A program made the translations under genes and the position numbers. Positions 8,838-26,211 of a DNA stretch of 45,496 bases are shown here, piece by piece. The stretch is from positions 1 to 45,496 of the forward strand of contig CAKZLS010000091.1 of the NCBI GenBank assembly GCA_937127205.1. The letters run 5' to 3'. Each line of letters opens with the position of its first letter. Position 1 is the first letter of the stretch. The DNA is from an uncultured Rhodospirillales bacterium (GTDB lineage Bacteria > Pseudomonadota > Alphaproteobacteria > Rhodospirillales > Defluviicoccaceae). A model generated the notes under the pieces. It ran no database searches. It was not told the DNA's origin and saw nothing but the letters and a program-made list of their open reading frames with translations.

Positions 8838-9125
8838 CGCCGATAGTGGGCAATTTACGACGGGAAAAGCAGTGTGATTTTGTATCGAGAAAGATGCTCT
8901 CTTCACCTTCTCCATGGTATCTCTCCGTTGGTTGCCCCTGAGCGACGGTCGCTACCAGCCTCCGGAACCGAGAGTTTGCAACCCCCAGCTAGGTGATGTC
9001 AATCCATGCATACGTTTAGCATAGGCAGCGCTGTTGACAGTTTGATCGATCGGGTGGACACCTGTCCCTGGGCAACACTAGCCGGCACAAGCGTTAAGCG
9101 CGATCACCGGCGTTGCCGGAGCGAA

Positions 9126-10909
<1,784 letters not shown>

Positions 10910-10912
10910 GCC

Positions 10913-12461
10913 ATGCAGTTGACGGTCTGGACCTACGAAGGGCCGCCTCATGTGGGCGCCATGCGAGTAGCGACCGCGATGGAAGGGCTGCACTACGTGC
11001 TTCATGCACCGCAGGGCGATACCTACGCGGATCTATTATTCACCATGATCGAGCGGCGGTCCAAGCGTCCGCCGGTAACCTACACCACATTCCAGGCACG
11101 CGATCTCGGCAGCGATACGGCGGGTCTATTCAAGACGGCGGCGCGTGAGGCATACGAGCGTTTCCAGCCGCAAGCGATGATCGTTGGCGCCTCGTGCACA
11201 GCCGAGTTGCTTCAGGATGATCCGGGGGGGCTTGCCCGGGCCATCGGTCTCCCGGTGCCGGTTATTCCGCTCGAGTTGCCCTCCTATCAAAAGAAAGAGA
11301 ACTGGGGAGCGGCGGAGACGTTTTATCAGCTCGTTCGTGCTTTCGCCGGCTCCGCCGCGCCGCGTCCCGATGCCGTGTCCGGTGCTCGTGAGCCGGGCGT
11401 GCGGCCCTCGTGCAATATCCTCGGCCCCACGGCTCTCGGTTTCCGGCATCGCGACGATGTGCGTGAGATTGCGGCGTTACTGGACCGTTTGGGAATCGAG
11501 GTCAATGTGATCGCCCCGATGGGCGCGACGCCGGCCGACCTCGTCCGTCTTGGCGAGGCGGACTTCAATGTCGTGCTTTATCCGGAGATCGCGGATGTGG
11601 CGGCGCAATGGCTCAAACGCACCTTCAAGCAGCCGCTGGTCAAGACCGTTCCCATCGGCGTCGGCGCCACGCGCGACTTCATCAACGAAGTGGCAGAGGT
11701 CGCGAACGTGGATCCAGCGCCGACCCTTGACGACGCGCCGTCGCGCCTGCCGTGGTATTCGCGCTCGGTGGATTCCACCTATCTGACCGGCAAGCGGGTG
11801 TTTATCTTTGGCGACGCTACCCACGCTCTTGCTGCCGCCCGCGTGGCGTCCGAGGAATTGGGCTTCGAAGTGGCCGGGCTCGGCACCTACAGCCGCGAGT
11901 TCGCCCGCGACGTTCGCCAGGCGGCGTCTTCGTATGGCATCGAGGCGCTGATCACCGAGGACTATCTCGAAGTCGAGGCCAGGGTTGCGGAGTTGCAGCC
12001 GGAACTGATCCTCGGCACGCAGATGGAGCGCCATATCGCCAAGCGCCTGGGGATTCCCTGCGCGGTCATCTCGGCGCCGACCCACGTCCAGGACTATCCG
12101 GCGCGCACGTCGCCGCAAATGGGGTTCGAAGGCGCCAATGTGCTGTTCGACACCTGGGTGCACCCCCTGATGATGGGATTGGAGGAGCACCTCCTGGGAA
12201 TGTTCCGCGAGGATTTCGAGTTTCGTGACGAGGCCGCGCCATCTCATCTCGGTACGTCGCACAAAGCCGCCGAAATCAAAGTGGAAGCGCCGGTTGCGGT
12301 GGCTTCGGAAGCGGCCGTCGCCGATGCGGGAGCCAGCTGGGATCCGGATGCCGAACAGGAGCTTCGCAAGATACCGTTCTTCGTCCGCGGCAAAGCCCGC
12401 CGGAACACCGAGCGTTTCGCCTGTGAGCAGGGCGTTGCGGTCATCACCGTTGAGACATTGT

Positions 12462-12490
<29 letters not shown>
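10913..12490 (+). CDS. bchB: Light-independent protochlorophyllide reductase subunit B
   Basis: 525 aa with the N-terminus [38 protein letters not shown], typical of BchB/ChlB. Confidence 0.95.
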
Positions 12491-17103
<4,613 letters not shown>

Positions 17104-17104
<1 letters not shown>

Positions 17105-17814
17105 TGACCACCGTCACTTACCGGGAGCGGCGCGGACAAATCGCCACCTATTTCGATCAGACCGCGGTCGAGGCGTGGAAACGTCTGACGTCGGATTCGC
17201 CGGTCGGGCGCATTCGCGCCACCGTTCGCGCGGGCCGTGATGAGATGCGGCAGACACTTCTCGACTGGCTTCCGGAGGACCTGCGGGGGGAGCGGCTGCT
17301 TGATGCCGGCTGCGGGACCGGCGCGCTGGCGATCGAGGCGGCACGCCGGGGTGCGCAGGTGGTCGCGGTAGATCTGTCTCCGACCTTGATCGACCTCGCG
17401 CGCGAGCGATCGCAGGGGCACCATGCGCCGGGCAGCATCGAGTTCTTGGTGGGCGATTTTCTTGACGCCCGGTTCGGACGCTTCGATCGCGTGGTTGCAA
17501 TGGATTCTTTGATTCACTACGCCTCGAACGACGTGGTGAGCGCCCTATCCGGCCTCGCCGAGCGGACTGATCGCTCGATCCACTTTACGTTCGCACCCAA
17601 GACGTTTGCGCTTACCGTGATGCATGCCACCGGCCGCTTTTTCCCTCGACGCAATCGCGCGCCGGCGATCGAGCCGATTGGGGAGCGCGCTGTCCGTAAC
17701 ATGCTCACCGCCGACGCCGGTTTGGAGCACTGGCAAATGGCGAAGACGACGCGGATCGCTAACGGCTTTTACACCTCGCAAGCAGCGGAACTGGTTCGAC
17801 AATGCAACGCTTGA
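17104..17814 (+). CDS. bchM: Mg-protoporphyrin IX O-methyltransferase
   Basis: SAM motif LLDAGCGTGALAIEAARRGAQVVAVDLS. 236 aa. The start overlaps the bchL TGA by 1 nt. Confidence 0.93.
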
Positions 17815-19235
17815 ACGAACATCTGGCGGCTGGGTGGACGCGGCTCGGACCGCGGTTCCTCCCGTTCGCCGATGTGGCGGATGCCGGGCTGCCCCTCGGG
17901 CAGTTGCTGCGGCTTTCGTTGTTTCAGGTCTCCGTGGGGATGGCGGTTGTTCTGCTCACCGGCACGCTGAACCGCGTTATGATTGTCGAGTTGGGCGTTT
18001 CGGCGTGGCTGGTTGCTCTGATGGTGTCGTTGCCGTTGGTGTTCGCGCCGTTGCGGGTCCTGATCGGGTTCCGGTCCGACAATCATCGGTCGCTTCTCGG
18101 CTGGCGGCGGGTACCGTATATCTGGCTGGGAACGCTGATCCAGTTCGGCGGCTTGGCGATCATGCCGTTCGCGCTTCTGATCCTATCGGGCGACAGCCAT
18201 GGACCGGTATGGATCGGTCATGCGGGCGCCGCGTTGGCTTTCCTTCTGGTGGGCGCCGGTCTCCATACCACCCAGACAGCCGGTCTCGCTCTTGCCACCG
18301 ACTTGGCGCCCAAACACGTACGACCGCGGGTGGTAGCGCTGCTTTATGTCATGCTGTTGGTGGGGATGCTGGTCAGCGCGCTGATCTTCGGGGTGTTGTT
18401 GGACGGCTTCAGCGAAGTTAAGCTCATCCAGGTGATCCAGGGCGCTGCCGTAACCACGCTGTTTCTCAACGTGATCGCGCTGTGGAAGCAGGAAGCCCGG
18501 GACCCGGCCAAGACCGCTCCCGACCGTGACCGTCCCGGCCTGCGGGAATCTTGGGAAGTGCTGAGCGAAGGGGGCAGGCTGAGCCGCCTGCTGGTGGCGG
18601 TCGGGCTTGGCACCGCCGGTTTCAGCATGCAGGACATTCTTCTCGAACCCTATGGCGGGGAAATCCTGGGGCTTACGGTTGGGCAGACGACCGTGCTGAC
18701 GGCCTTATTAGCAGCAGGGGCGCTTGCCGGATTGTTCCTTGCCGCGCGTTGGCTCGGGCGTGGGTTCGACCCCTATCGCCTGGCCGCTCTGGGCGCGCTC
18801 GCCGGCATCGCCGCTTTTTCGGCGGTGATTTTGGCCGCGCCTTTGGAGTCGGCGTTGCTATTCCGGGTCGGCACCGCGGTGATCGGTTTCGGCGGCGGTC
18901 TGTTCGTTGTCGGTACCATGACTGCGGCGATGGAATTCAGTGGGAGCGGTCAAAGCGGCTTGGCTCTTGGGGCTTGGGGCGCAGTGCAGGCAACCGCCGC
19001 CGGAACGGCGATTGCTCTCGGTGGTTTGCTTCGGGATGGCGTATCGGCGCTTGCCAACGAGGGTGTGCTCGGGCAGGCGCTAGCCACGCCCATCACCGGG
19101 TATGGTGCCGTATATCAAGTTGAAATCATTCTACTATTTGCGACGCTAGCGGCGATCGGTCCTCTGGTGGGCCACGTCGGCGTTCGCCGTACACCGTCGT
19201 CGGCGAAGTTTGGCTTGGCCGAGATGCCAGGCTAG
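17802..19235 (+). CDS. lhaA: LH1 assembly protein LhaA (PucC-family MFS)
   Basis: 477-aa polytopic protein with the PucC-family N-terminus GWTRLGPRFLPFADVADAGLPLGQLLRLSLFQVSVGMAVVLL. Canonical position between bchM and puhA. Confidence 0.85.
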   Translation: MQRLNEHLAAGWTRLGPRFLPFADVADAGLPLGQLLRLSLFQVSVGMAVVLLTGTLNRVMIVELGVSAWLVALMVSLPLVFAPLRVLIGFRSDNHRSLLGWRRVPYIWLGTLIQFGGLAIMPFALLILSGDSHGPVWIGHAGAALAFLLVGAGLHTTQTAGLALATDLAPKHVRPRVVALLYVMLLVGMLVSALIFGVLLDGFSEVKLIQVIQGAAVTTLFLNVIALWKQEARDPAKTAPDRDRPGLRESWEVLSEGGRLSRLLVAVGLGTAGFSMQDILLEPYGGEILGLTVGQTTVLTALLAAGALAGLFLAARWLGRGFDPYRLAALGALAGIAAFSAVILAAPLESALLFRVGTAVIGFGGGLFVVGTMTAAMEFSGSGQSGLALGAWGAVQATAAGTAIALGGLLRDGVSALANEGVLGQALATPITGYGAVYQVEIILLFATLAAIGPLVGHVGVRRTPSSAKFGLAEMPG

Positions 19236-19260
19236 CGGTTTTGGGTGAGGAGGATACGTG

Positions 19261-20037
19261 ATGGAATACGTTTCGTTTACCAGCGGCATCGATATTGCTC
19301 TGGTGGTTTTATATGCTTTTTGGCTGTTTTTTGCCGGGCTGATATTTTATCTCCGGCGTGAGGATCGCCGCGAGGGCTATCCGCTGGAATCCGAAGTCAC
19401 GGGCAAGCCCCTCGATGGCGGAATCATTTGGATCCCCGAGCCGAAGACGTTCAAGCTGCCGCATGGCGGCACCACAGAGGCGCCAAAGCCCGAGCATGAT
19501 ACGCGCGAGATCAAGGCGAAACCCGTCGCGAATTGGCCGGGAGCTGCGATGCAGCCCACGGGCAATCCCATGGTGGACGGTGTCGGTCCCGCTGCATATG
19601 CCCTGCGCAGTACATCACCGGAACTGAACATGCATGGCGATCCGAGAATGGTGCCGCTGCGCGTCGCCACGGACTACTCCGTGGAGGCCAGCGATCCTGA
19701 CCCACGGGGAATGGCCGTCATCGGTGCTGACAGAAAAAAGGCAGGAACCGTGGTCGACGTATGGGTCGATACGGCCGAGCCGCAAATCAGCTATTTGGAA
19801 TTGGACGTAGAAGGCGGCACAGATCCCCGGCGGGTGTTGCTCCCCATAACCTTCGCCCGGATCAACGGTCGCAGGCGGCAGGTTAAGGTCGCATCCATCC
19901 TGGCCAGTCAATTCCAAGATGTCCCGGTTCTGGGGAATCCAGACACGGTATCTTCGCGAGAAGAAGACCAGATCTGCGCGTATTACGCCGGCGGCCACAT
20001 GTATGCCACGCGGGCGCGTTCGGAGCCTTTGATATGA
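19261..20037 (+). CDS. puhA: Reaction centre H subunit
   Basis: A single N-terminal TM helix (IDIALVVLYAFWLFFAGLIFYLRREDRREGYPLE) is followed by a PRC-barrel-like C-terminal domain. ATG 19261 has the SD GAGGAGG 7 nt upstream. The track start at 19258 is the adjacent GTG. Confidence 0.93.
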   Translation: MEYVSFTSGIDIALVVLYAFWLFFAGLIFYLRREDRREGYPLESEVTGKPLDGGIIWIPEPKTFKLPHGGTTEAPKPEHDTREIKAKPVANWPGAAMQPTGNPMVDGVGPAAYALRSTSPELNMHGDPRMVPLRVATDYSVEASDPDPRGMAVIGADRKKAGTVVDVWVDTAEPQISYLELDVEGGTDPRRVLLPITFARINGRRRQVKVASILASQFQDVPVLGNPDTVSSREEDQICAYYAGGHMYATRARSEPLI

Positions 20038-20702
20038 GCCACGACGATTTTGAAATGGATCCCATCAAGGGGCTCCCTGAGACCCCACCGCCGGGAGAGC
20101 GCATTCTCTGGCAAGGGTCGCCGTCCTGGAAAACACTTAGCCGACGGTTGTTTCACATTAGAAAAGTCGCCGTTTATTTCGGTATTCTGATGGTCTGGCA
20201 AGGCGGGACGGCATTGGTGGACGGACAGGGTGTGGGAGAGGCCGTCTCGACAGTGATGGCCCTTTCCGTCGGATTGTTGCTTGCGGTGGCGCTGTTATCG
20301 CTGCTGGCTTGGCTGACCAGCCGGAACACGGTGTATACGGTGACCAGTCAGCGGCTGGCCATTCGCTTTGGCATCGCGCTGCCGATGACCATCAACATAC
20401 CCTTCAGTTTGGTGGACTCGGCAAATCTCAAAGCCTTTTCGAATGGAGCCGGGGATATCTCGCTGAAGCTGAATAATTCGGAGCGGGTTTCCTACCTCGT
20501 GCTGTGGCCACATGTCAGACCATGGTACTTCGGCAAGCCCGAGCCGACACTGCGAAGCATCCCGAAAGCCGCGTCGGTGGCGAAAATTCTTGGCGATGCG
20601 CTTGCCGCGTCGCCAGCACCGTCGGCGCAGTCCGCGGATGATCGTAGCGCGGAATCCAGTAATGCCTCCGGCACGCCGGGCCAGCTTGTGAACGCCGCTT
20701 AG
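20034..20702 (+). CDS. puhB: Photosynthetic complex assembly protein PuhB
   Basis: 222 aa with two or three TM helices. ATGA overlap with puhA and canonical position. Assignment rests on synteny plus the general PuhB shape. Confidence 0.78.
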   Translation: MSHDDFEMDPIKGLPETPPPGERILWQGSPSWKTLSRRLFHIRKVAVYFGILMVWQGGTALVDGQGVGEAVSTVMALSVGLLLAVALLSLLAWLTSRNTVYTVTSQRLAIRFGIALPMTINIPFSLVDSANLKAFSNGAGDISLKLNNSERVSYLVLWPHVRPWYFGKPEPTLRSIPKAASVAKILGDALAASPAPSAQSADDRSAESSNASGTPGQLVNAA

Positions 20703-20718
20703 GGCTGGGAGAAAGTCA

Positions 20719-21177
20719 ATGAACCACTCCGTTCGCCAGAACTCGGTGCCGCGCTGGACCTTGTGGGCTTTGGCGGCGCTTCTCGGCCTTTCGCTGCTGC
20801 TCATTGGCGGCGGCCGGATCACTGGGGTTGGGACGCTGCACATGTCGACGTCCGCGCCCGCCGAGAGCCGCGATCTGTTTTTCGAGGATCGCCAGGACGG
20901 GGCCGTCGTTGTCTACGATGCCGACGGCGGAGGCGTGGTCGATGTACTCGCGCCGGGAACCAACGGCTTCGTCAGGGGCGTGATGCGCGGTCTTGCGCGC
21001 GAACGGATGCTTCACGAGATCGGTTCCGAGGTGCCGTTTGGCCTCGTCCGGGGAACGGATAACCGACTGACATTAACGGACCGGGCAACGGGGCGGGTCA
21101 TTGACCTTGGCGCCTTCGGGCCGACCAACACCGCCGCGTTCGCGCGGTTGCTCAAAGACGGTGAGGCGACGCCATGA
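20719..21177 (+). CDS. puhC: Photosynthetic complex assembly protein PuhC
   Basis: 152 aa with one N-terminal TM helix ([19 protein letters not shown]) and a periplasmic domain. Canonical position after puhB. Confidence 0.75.
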   Translation: MNHSVRQNSVPRWTLWALAALLGLSLLLIGGGRITGVGTLHMSTSAPAESRDLFFEDRQDGAVVVYDADGGGVVDVLAPGTNGFVRGVMRGLARERMLHEIGSEVPFGLVRGTDNRLTLTDRATGRVIDLGAFGPTNTAAFARLLKDGEATP

Positions 21178-21224
21178 CCGCGCATGTTCAAGGTCGCGCC
21201 GCCGTGACCGGAAAGGAAGAGATC

Positions 21225-22289
21225 ATGACCGTTGAGACCTCGAGCGTTGAGTTCAACGAGGCTACGAGGGCCGCGAAGCAAGACTCTCTGCTTTCGCCCC
21301 GGTTCTACACCACGGATTTCAAGGCGATGGACCGGCTCGACGTTTCGTCGATTCGCGACGAGTGGGAAGATTTGATGGCGGAGTTTCGAAATGACACCAA
21401 TCGGCGTCATTTCGACCGCACCGAGGAATTCAGTACCGCCGTCAAGAATATGCCGGAAGAGTTGCGCGAAGAGTTCCTGGCGTTTCTGATCAGCTCCATC
21501 ACGTCGGAGTTTTCCGGCTGCATTCTCTATGCCGACATTAAGACCAACGTCAAAAATCCCGATATCCGGAAATTGATGGGCTATATGAGCCGGGACGAGG
21601 CGCGGCATGCAAACTTCATCAACCAGTCGCTGAAGGATTTCGATCTGGCGGTCGACCTCGGGCTTCTGAGAAAAACGAAAAACTATACGTTCTTCAGACC
21701 CAAGTTTATTTTTTATGCCACTTATCTGTCCGAGAAGATCGGCTACGCGCGCTACATCACCATCTACCGGCAGCTCGAACGCAACCCGCAATACCGATTC
21801 CATCCGATCTTCAATTGGTTCAAGGACTGGTGCAACGACGAATTTCGGCATGGCGAAGCATTCTCGCTGCTGATGCACGCCAACCCGCGTCTTCTGAAAT
21901 GGCCCAATACTCTGTGGATCCGGTTTTTTGTGCTTGCCGTCTATGCCACCATGTACGTCCGCGATCACGCCCGCCCGCATTTCTATGCCGCGCTGGGCCT
22001 CGACCCGACCGAATACGATTTCACTGTTTTCCGGATCACTTCGGAGATTTCACGTCAGGTGTTTCCGGTATCTCTGGATATCGAGAATCCGAAGTTCAAG
22101 GCCGGTCTCGAGCGGCTGCGGAAAATCGATGTCGCGAAGATTGCGGCCGGTGAGCGCGGCGGATTGTTCGCCCCGATCAAGAAGGCCGCTCTGACGGTTG
22201 CGGCCGTCGCCACCTTCACAAGGCTGTACTTCCTGCCCGCCCCGCGCACCGGCGTGCCCGCTGAAATGCGACTCACACCGGCTTGGTAG
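21225..22289 (+). CDS. acsF: Aerobic Mg-protoporphyrin IX monomethyl ester oxidative cyclase
   Basis: Di-iron cyclase signature [26 protein letters not shown], with [16 protein letters not shown] and [10 protein letters not shown] motifs. ATG 21225 has a strong SD (GGAAAGGAAGAG). An upstream ATG at 21174 (ATGA overlap with puhC) is an alternative start. Confidence 0.92.
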   Translation: MTVETSSVEFNEATRAAKQDSLLSPRFYTTDFKAMDRLDVSSIRDEWEDLMAEFRNDTNRRHFDRTEEFSTAVKNMPEELREEFLAFLISSITSEFSGCILYADIKTNVKNPDIRKLMGYMSRDEARHANFINQSLKDFDLAVDLGLLRKTKNYTFFRPKFIFYATYLSEKIGYARYITIYRQLERNPQYRFHPIFNWFKDWCNDEFRHGEAFSLLMHANPRLLKWPNTLWIRFFVLAVYATMYVRDHARPHFYAALGLDPTEYDFTVFRITSEISRQVFPVSLDIENPKFKAGLERLRKIDVAKIAAGERGGLFAPIKKAALTVAAVATFTRLYFLPAPRTGVPAEMRLTPAW

Positions 22290-22305
22290 AGACGAGCTCA
22301 ACTCC

Positions 22306-23208
22306 ATGATGCAATATGCTTTGCCAATCGTTTTCACGCTGGGTGTCTGGTGGATCACCACGGGCATTGTGTTGAAGGTGGTCAATTTGGAACCGTCGAC
22401 GTACCGCCGGAGCTTGACGGTCGCGACGGCAATCCTCGGCGGCGCGTTGCTTTGCCTTGAATGGAGCGCGGGGACGGCAACGGTTTTCAGTGCTTACGTG
22501 GCGTTCCTGTCCGGTCTGCTCGTCTGGGGCTGGATCGAGATGAGCTATTACATGGGGCTGATTACCGGCCCACGGTCTCGCGGGTGTACGCCGGGAGTGA
22601 GCCGCGGACGGCGGTTCTGGTTGGCTCTGCAGGCCAGCCTTTATCACGAACTGCTGATCGTCGCCTTTGGCGGCATCATCGTGGCGTTGACCTGGGGCGC
22701 ACCGAACCAGGTGGGCACTTGGACTTTTATCATCTTGTGGCTGATGCGTTGGAGCGCGAAGCTCAATATCTTCCTGGGCGTGCCCAACCTCAATCTTCAA
22801 TGGTTTCCGGATCACCTTCGGTATCTTGAGACATTTATTGTCAAGAAACCTATGAATGCGTTGTTCCCGGTATCCATGGTCATATCTACGGCGGCAGCGG
22901 CGTTTGTGTTGTGGAGCGCCATGAATGGCGACACCACGCCATTTGGCGTTGTCGAGTCTCTGTTGCTCGGGAGCCTCATCGTGCTTGCGATCCTGGAGCA
23001 CGTTTTTCTGGTGCTGCCGGTGCCGGACGCGGCGCTTTGGCACTGGGCGGTGCCGTCGAAACCCGATAATCGGTCGACAATCGACGGCAAGAAAAAGAAT
23101 TCCACCACTCGGCTTAATCGTACCAAGGGACCGTTGGAGGGTCTCGATGTCACGGTAGTATGCGGGCCGTCGTCTCCAAGAGCGGCGCCATCTACCAATG
23201 GGAGGTAA
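22306..23208 (+). CDS. puhE: Photosynthetic complex assembly protein PuhE
   Basis: Polytopic membrane protein starting [25 protein letters not shown] 22306 is 16 nt after the acsF stop. The track extension from 22198 is the acsF 3' end read in another frame. Confidence 0.8.
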   Translation: MMQYALPIVFTLGVWWITTGIVLKVVNLEPSTYRRSLTVATAILGGALLCLEWSAGTATVFSAYVAFLSGLLVWGWIEMSYYMGLITGPRSRGCTPGVSRGRRFWLALQASLYHELLIVAFGGIIVALTWGAPNQVGTWTFIILWLMRWSAKLNIFLGVPNLNLQWFPDHLRYLETFIVKKPMNALFPVSMVISTAAAAFVLWSAMNGDTTPFGVVESLLLGSLIVLAILEHVFLVLPVPDAALWHWAVPSKPDNRSTIDGKKKNSTTRLNRTKGPLEGLDVTVVCGPSSPRAAPSTNGR

Positions 23209-23210
23209 GG

Positions 23211-24422
23211 ATGGACTATCAGGACTTTTTTGAAAAAGAACTCAGCGGTCTGCGTGGCGACGGCAACTATCGTGTGTTCGCCGATCTTGAGCGGCACGCC
23301 GGTGATTTCCCGCACGCGACCCATCATCGCAGCAAGGGGTTGCACGAGGTGACCGTCTGGTGTTCGAACGATTATCTCGGGATGGGCCAGCATCCGAGCG
23401 TTATCAGCGCCATGCATGAAGCTCTCGATACTTGTGGGGCCGGCGCCGGTGGCACCCGCAACATTTCCGGCACCAACCATAATATCGTCGTGCTGGAACA
23501 GGAGCTGGCCGATCTCCACGGCACAGAGTCTTCCCTGGTCTTCACCTCGGGGTACGTGTCCAATTTGGCATCGCTTGCGACGCTGGCATCGAAGCTGCCG
23601 GATTGTGTCGTTCTGTCCGATGAGCTTAACCACGCTTCGATGATCGAAGGTATCCGGCAATCGCGTGCCAAGAAGATGATCTTCAAGCACAATGATCCGG
23701 AGGATCTGGACCGGCGTCTCAGCGAATTGGACCCGGCCCGGCCGAAAATCGTCGCGTTCGAATCCGTTTATTCCATGGATGGCGACATCGCGCCCATCGC
23801 GGACTTCTGCGATGTTGCCGATAAACACGGCGCAATGACCTATCTCGACGAGGTTCACGCGGTCGGTCTCTATGGTGCGCGAGGCGGCGGCGTATCGGAA
23901 ATGCAAGGTGTGGCACATCGCCTGACTGTCATCGAGGGGACTCTGGCCAAGGCGTTTGGTGTTCTCGGGGGCTATATCGCGGGCACCGAGGCAGTCTGCG
24001 ATTTCGTTCGGAGCTTTGCTTCGGCCTTTATCTTTACCACGGCACTGCCGCCGACCGTCGCCGCCGGCGCGCTTGCGAGCGTCCGCCATCTTAAGGTCAG
24101 TTCGGTTGAACGGGATCGCCAGCGGGACCGTGTCCAGAGGTTTCGCAAGTGCCTCGATGAAGTGGGCGTTCCCCATTGCGACAATCCCAGCCACATCGTG
24201 CCGGTCATGGTGGGCGATCCTGTGCGCTGCAAACAGATCACCGACACCCTGCTCGACTCCTACGGGATCTATGTTCAGCCGATCAACTACCCCACGGTGC
24301 CGCGCGGAACAGAGCGTTTGCGGATCACACCATCGCCGGTACACACAGACGAAGAGATGGATTATTTTGTCCAAACCCTATCGACCATGTGGTCGGAGCT
24401 GAGCCTGAAACGCGCGGCGTAG
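23211..24422 (+). CDS. hemA: 5-aminolevulinate synthase
   Basis: Starts [23 protein letters not shown]. Contains [16 protein letters not shown] and the PLP-lysine context [15 protein letters not shown] 23211 lies 2 nt after the puhE TAA and is preceded by GGGAGG. Confidence 0.93.
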   Translation: MDYQDFFEKELSGLRGDGNYRVFADLERHAGDFPHATHHRSKGLHEVTVWCSNDYLGMGQHPSVISAMHEALDTCGAGAGGTRNISGTNHNIVVLEQELADLHGTESSLVFTSGYVSNLASLATLASKLPDCVVLSDELNHASMIEGIRQSRAKKMIFKHNDPEDLDRRLSELDPARPKIVAFESVYSMDGDIAPIADFCDVADKHGAMTYLDEVHAVGLYGARGGGVSEMQGVAHRLTVIEGTLAKAFGVLGGYIAGTEAVCDFVRSFASAFIFTTALPPTVAAGALASVRHLKVSSVERDRQRDRVQRFRKCLDEVGVPHCDNPSHIVPVMVGDPVRCKQITDTLLDSYGIYVQPINYPTVPRGTERLRITPSPVHTDEEMDYFVQTLSTMWSELSLKRAA

Positions 24423-24492
24423 GGTTGAGGGTAAACTTGGAGGCGGCCTTGCTTTCGGCAAGGGCTTTAAAATCTAGGCGCGGGAGAAAACC

Positions 24493-26202
24493 ATGCGCAT
24501 TACGCTGATTCATCCGAACTACCAATCGGGCGGCGCCGAGATCGCCGGGAGCTGGCCGCCGGCATGGGTGGCCTATCTGGCCGGCGCCCTAAAGACGGCG
24601 GGCTTTGAAGACGTTACATTCATTGATGCGATGACCAATCATTTGTCCGACGACGATGTGCGTGAGCAGCTGATCGCCGCGCGTCCCGATGTGGTCGGCG
24701 CGACCGCTATCACGCCGTCCATCTACAAGGCGGAGCGCGCGCTGGAGATCGCCAAGGAAGTCAATCCGAACGTGGTCACCATCCTCGGAGGCGTCCATGC
24801 CACATTCATGTACAAGCAGGTCCTAAGCGAAGCGCCGTGGATCGATGCGATCATTCGCGGAGAGGGCGAAGAAATCCTCGTAGAATTTATTCAGGCCGTC
24901 TCCGAAGGCCGTTGGCCCGCCGACAAACACGAAATCGAGGGTTTGGCCTTCCTCGATGGCGACCAGGTGATCGCCACCAAGGCGGCGCCGACGGTAAAGG
25001 ATGTGGATGGAATCAGTCCCGACTGGAGCATCTTGGAATGGGAGAAGTACCAATACATTCCGCTCGGCACGCGGGTCGCCATCCCGAATATGGCGCGGGG
25101 CTGCCCGTTTACCTGCTCGTTCTGCTCTCAGTGGAAGTTCTGGCGGGATTACCGCATTCGCGATCCGAAGAAGGTGGTGGATGAGATCGAGACACTGGTC
25201 CGCGATCACCAAGTGGGGTTTTTCATCCTGGCCGACGAGGAGCCCACCATCAACCGCAAGAAATTCATCGAGTTTTGCGAGGAATTGATCGCGCGGGATA
25301 TGCCGAAGAAGGTGAAATGGGGCATCAACACCCGGGTGACCGACGTTCTCCGCGACGAGGAATTCCTGGCGCTTTACCATCGCGCCGGCTTGGTTCACGT
25401 CTCGCTGGGCACGGAGGCGGCGGCTCAACTCAAGCTTGACCAATTCAACAAGGAAACCACGGTCGCCCAGAACGCCAAGGCTATTCGGCTTCTCCGCGAA
25501 GCGGGGATTGTCGTCGAAGCGCAGTTCATTGTGGGTCTGGAGAACGAAACCAAGGAAACGTTGGAAGAAACCTACCGCATGGCGCAGGAATGGAAGCCGG
25601 ATTTGGCCAACTGGGCAATGTATACGCCCTGGCCGTTCTCCGATCTGTTCCAAGAACTCGGCGACAAGGTGGAGATCTTCGATTTCGAGAAATACAACTT
25701 CGTTACGCCGATCATCAAGCCAGAGGCGATGGATCGCGGCGAATTGCTCGACGGGGTGATGAAGAATTATCGGCGCTTCTACATGTTGAAAGCGTTGTTC
25801 TCGTATCCTTGGGCCGGGACCGGATTCCGTCGGCGCTACCTGCTCGGATGTTTGAAGGCGTTTTTGAAGGCCGGTGTTCAGCGGAAATTTTATGATCTTG
25901 GAAGGGTCAACTACTGGGGGCCGCAGTCGAAGAACAGTGTGGACTTCCAGTTCGATGTCACGCGCACCATTGCAACGGCGCAAATGGATGATTGGAAAGC
26001 CGCCGCCGATGGTTCACGCAAAGGCGTCGCCCGTGCCGCGGCTGTTAAGGCTTGTGGCGGTGGCGATCAACAGATGGAGGAGAACGAGGATCGCGTGCCG
26101 GTCGGCGCCAGCGTCAAGGCCTGCGGTGGTGGCGATCAACAAATGGAAGATCGCGCGGTGGAGAGCCCCAAGACCCGCGTGCCCGCCAATGCCGCCGAAT
26201 AG
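24493..26202 (+). CDS. bchE: Anaerobic Mg-protoporphyrin IX monomethyl ester cyclase (B12-binding radical SAM)
   Basis: N-terminal B12-binding-like domain and radical SAM cluster motif [17 protein letters not shown]. 569 aa. The C-terminal tail carries a duplicated [12 protein letters not shown] motif. Confidence 0.92.
   Translation: MRITLIHPNYQSGGAEIAGSWPPAWVAYLAGALKTAGFEDVTFIDAMTNHLSDDDVREQLIAARPDVVGATAITPSIYKAERALEIAKEVNPNVVTILGGVHATFMYKQVLSEAPWIDAIIRGEGEEILVEFIQAVSEGRWPADKHEIEGLAFLDGDQVIATKAAPTVKDVDGISPDWSILEWEKYQYIPLGTRVAIPNMARGCPFTCSFCSQWKFWRDYRIRDPKKVVDEIETLVRDHQVGFFILADEEPTINRKKFIEFCEELIARDMPKKVKWGINTRVTDVLRDEEFLALYHRAGLVHVSLGTEAAAQLKLDQFNKETTVAQNAKAIRLLREAGIVVEAQFIVGLENETKETLEETYRMAQEWKPDLANWAMYTPWPFSDLFQELGDKVEIFDFEKYNFVTPIIKPEAMDRGELLDGVMKNYRRFYMLKALFSYPWAGTGFRRRYLLGCLKAFLKAGVQRKFYDLGRVNYWGPQSKNSVDFQFDVTRTIATAQMDDWKAAADGSRKGVARAAAVKACGGGDQQMEENEDRVPVGASVKACGGGDQQMEDRAVESPKTRVPANAAE
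26044..26148 (+). repeat. In-frame tandem duplication (period 69 nt) inside the bchE 3' end
   Basis: 26044-26079 is gtt aag gct tgt ggc ggt ggc gat caa cag atg gag. 26113-26148 is gtc aag gcc tgc ggt ggt ggc gat caa caa atg gaa. The peptide [12 protein letters not shown] is identical in both, and the 6 nucleotide differences are all at third codon positions. Confidence 0.85.
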
Positions 26203-26211
26203 GTGCGATTG

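Noticed and set aside
8700-8915. 71-aa minus-strand ORF in the aerR-bchF gap with a GGAGAG 5 nt before its ATG
   Set aside because: It uses many A/T-ending and rare codons (AGA, ATA, TTA, CTA, AAT), unlike every real gene here. It runs straight through both PpsR operators and the predicted promoters, and its product has no recognisable features. It is most likely non-coding control DNA. Ribo-seq could overturn this.
8844-9125. Possible cobalamin riboswitch in the bchF leader, considered because AerR and BchE are B12-linked
   Set aside because: I could not find a B12-box-like element (AGYCMGGAGACCKGCC type) or the conserved GCCACTG core. Only generic nested stems are visible. A covariance-model scan would settle it.
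22812-24374. 520-aa ORF on the minus strand
   Set aside because: It is antisense to puhE and hemA. The sequence is low-complexity and Arg-rich, and the plus-strand genes have clear signatures (ALA synthase PLP motif).
24447-24463. Hairpin CCTTGC-tttcg-GCAAGG after hemA as a possible terminator
   Set aside because: The stem is only 6 bp, and it is followed by GCTTTAAAA rather than a U-tract. That is too weak to call. bchE may still be transcribed separately.
24823-25983. 386-aa ORF on the minus strand
   Set aside because: It is antisense to bchE, whose radical SAM CxxxCxxC motif is on the plus strand.
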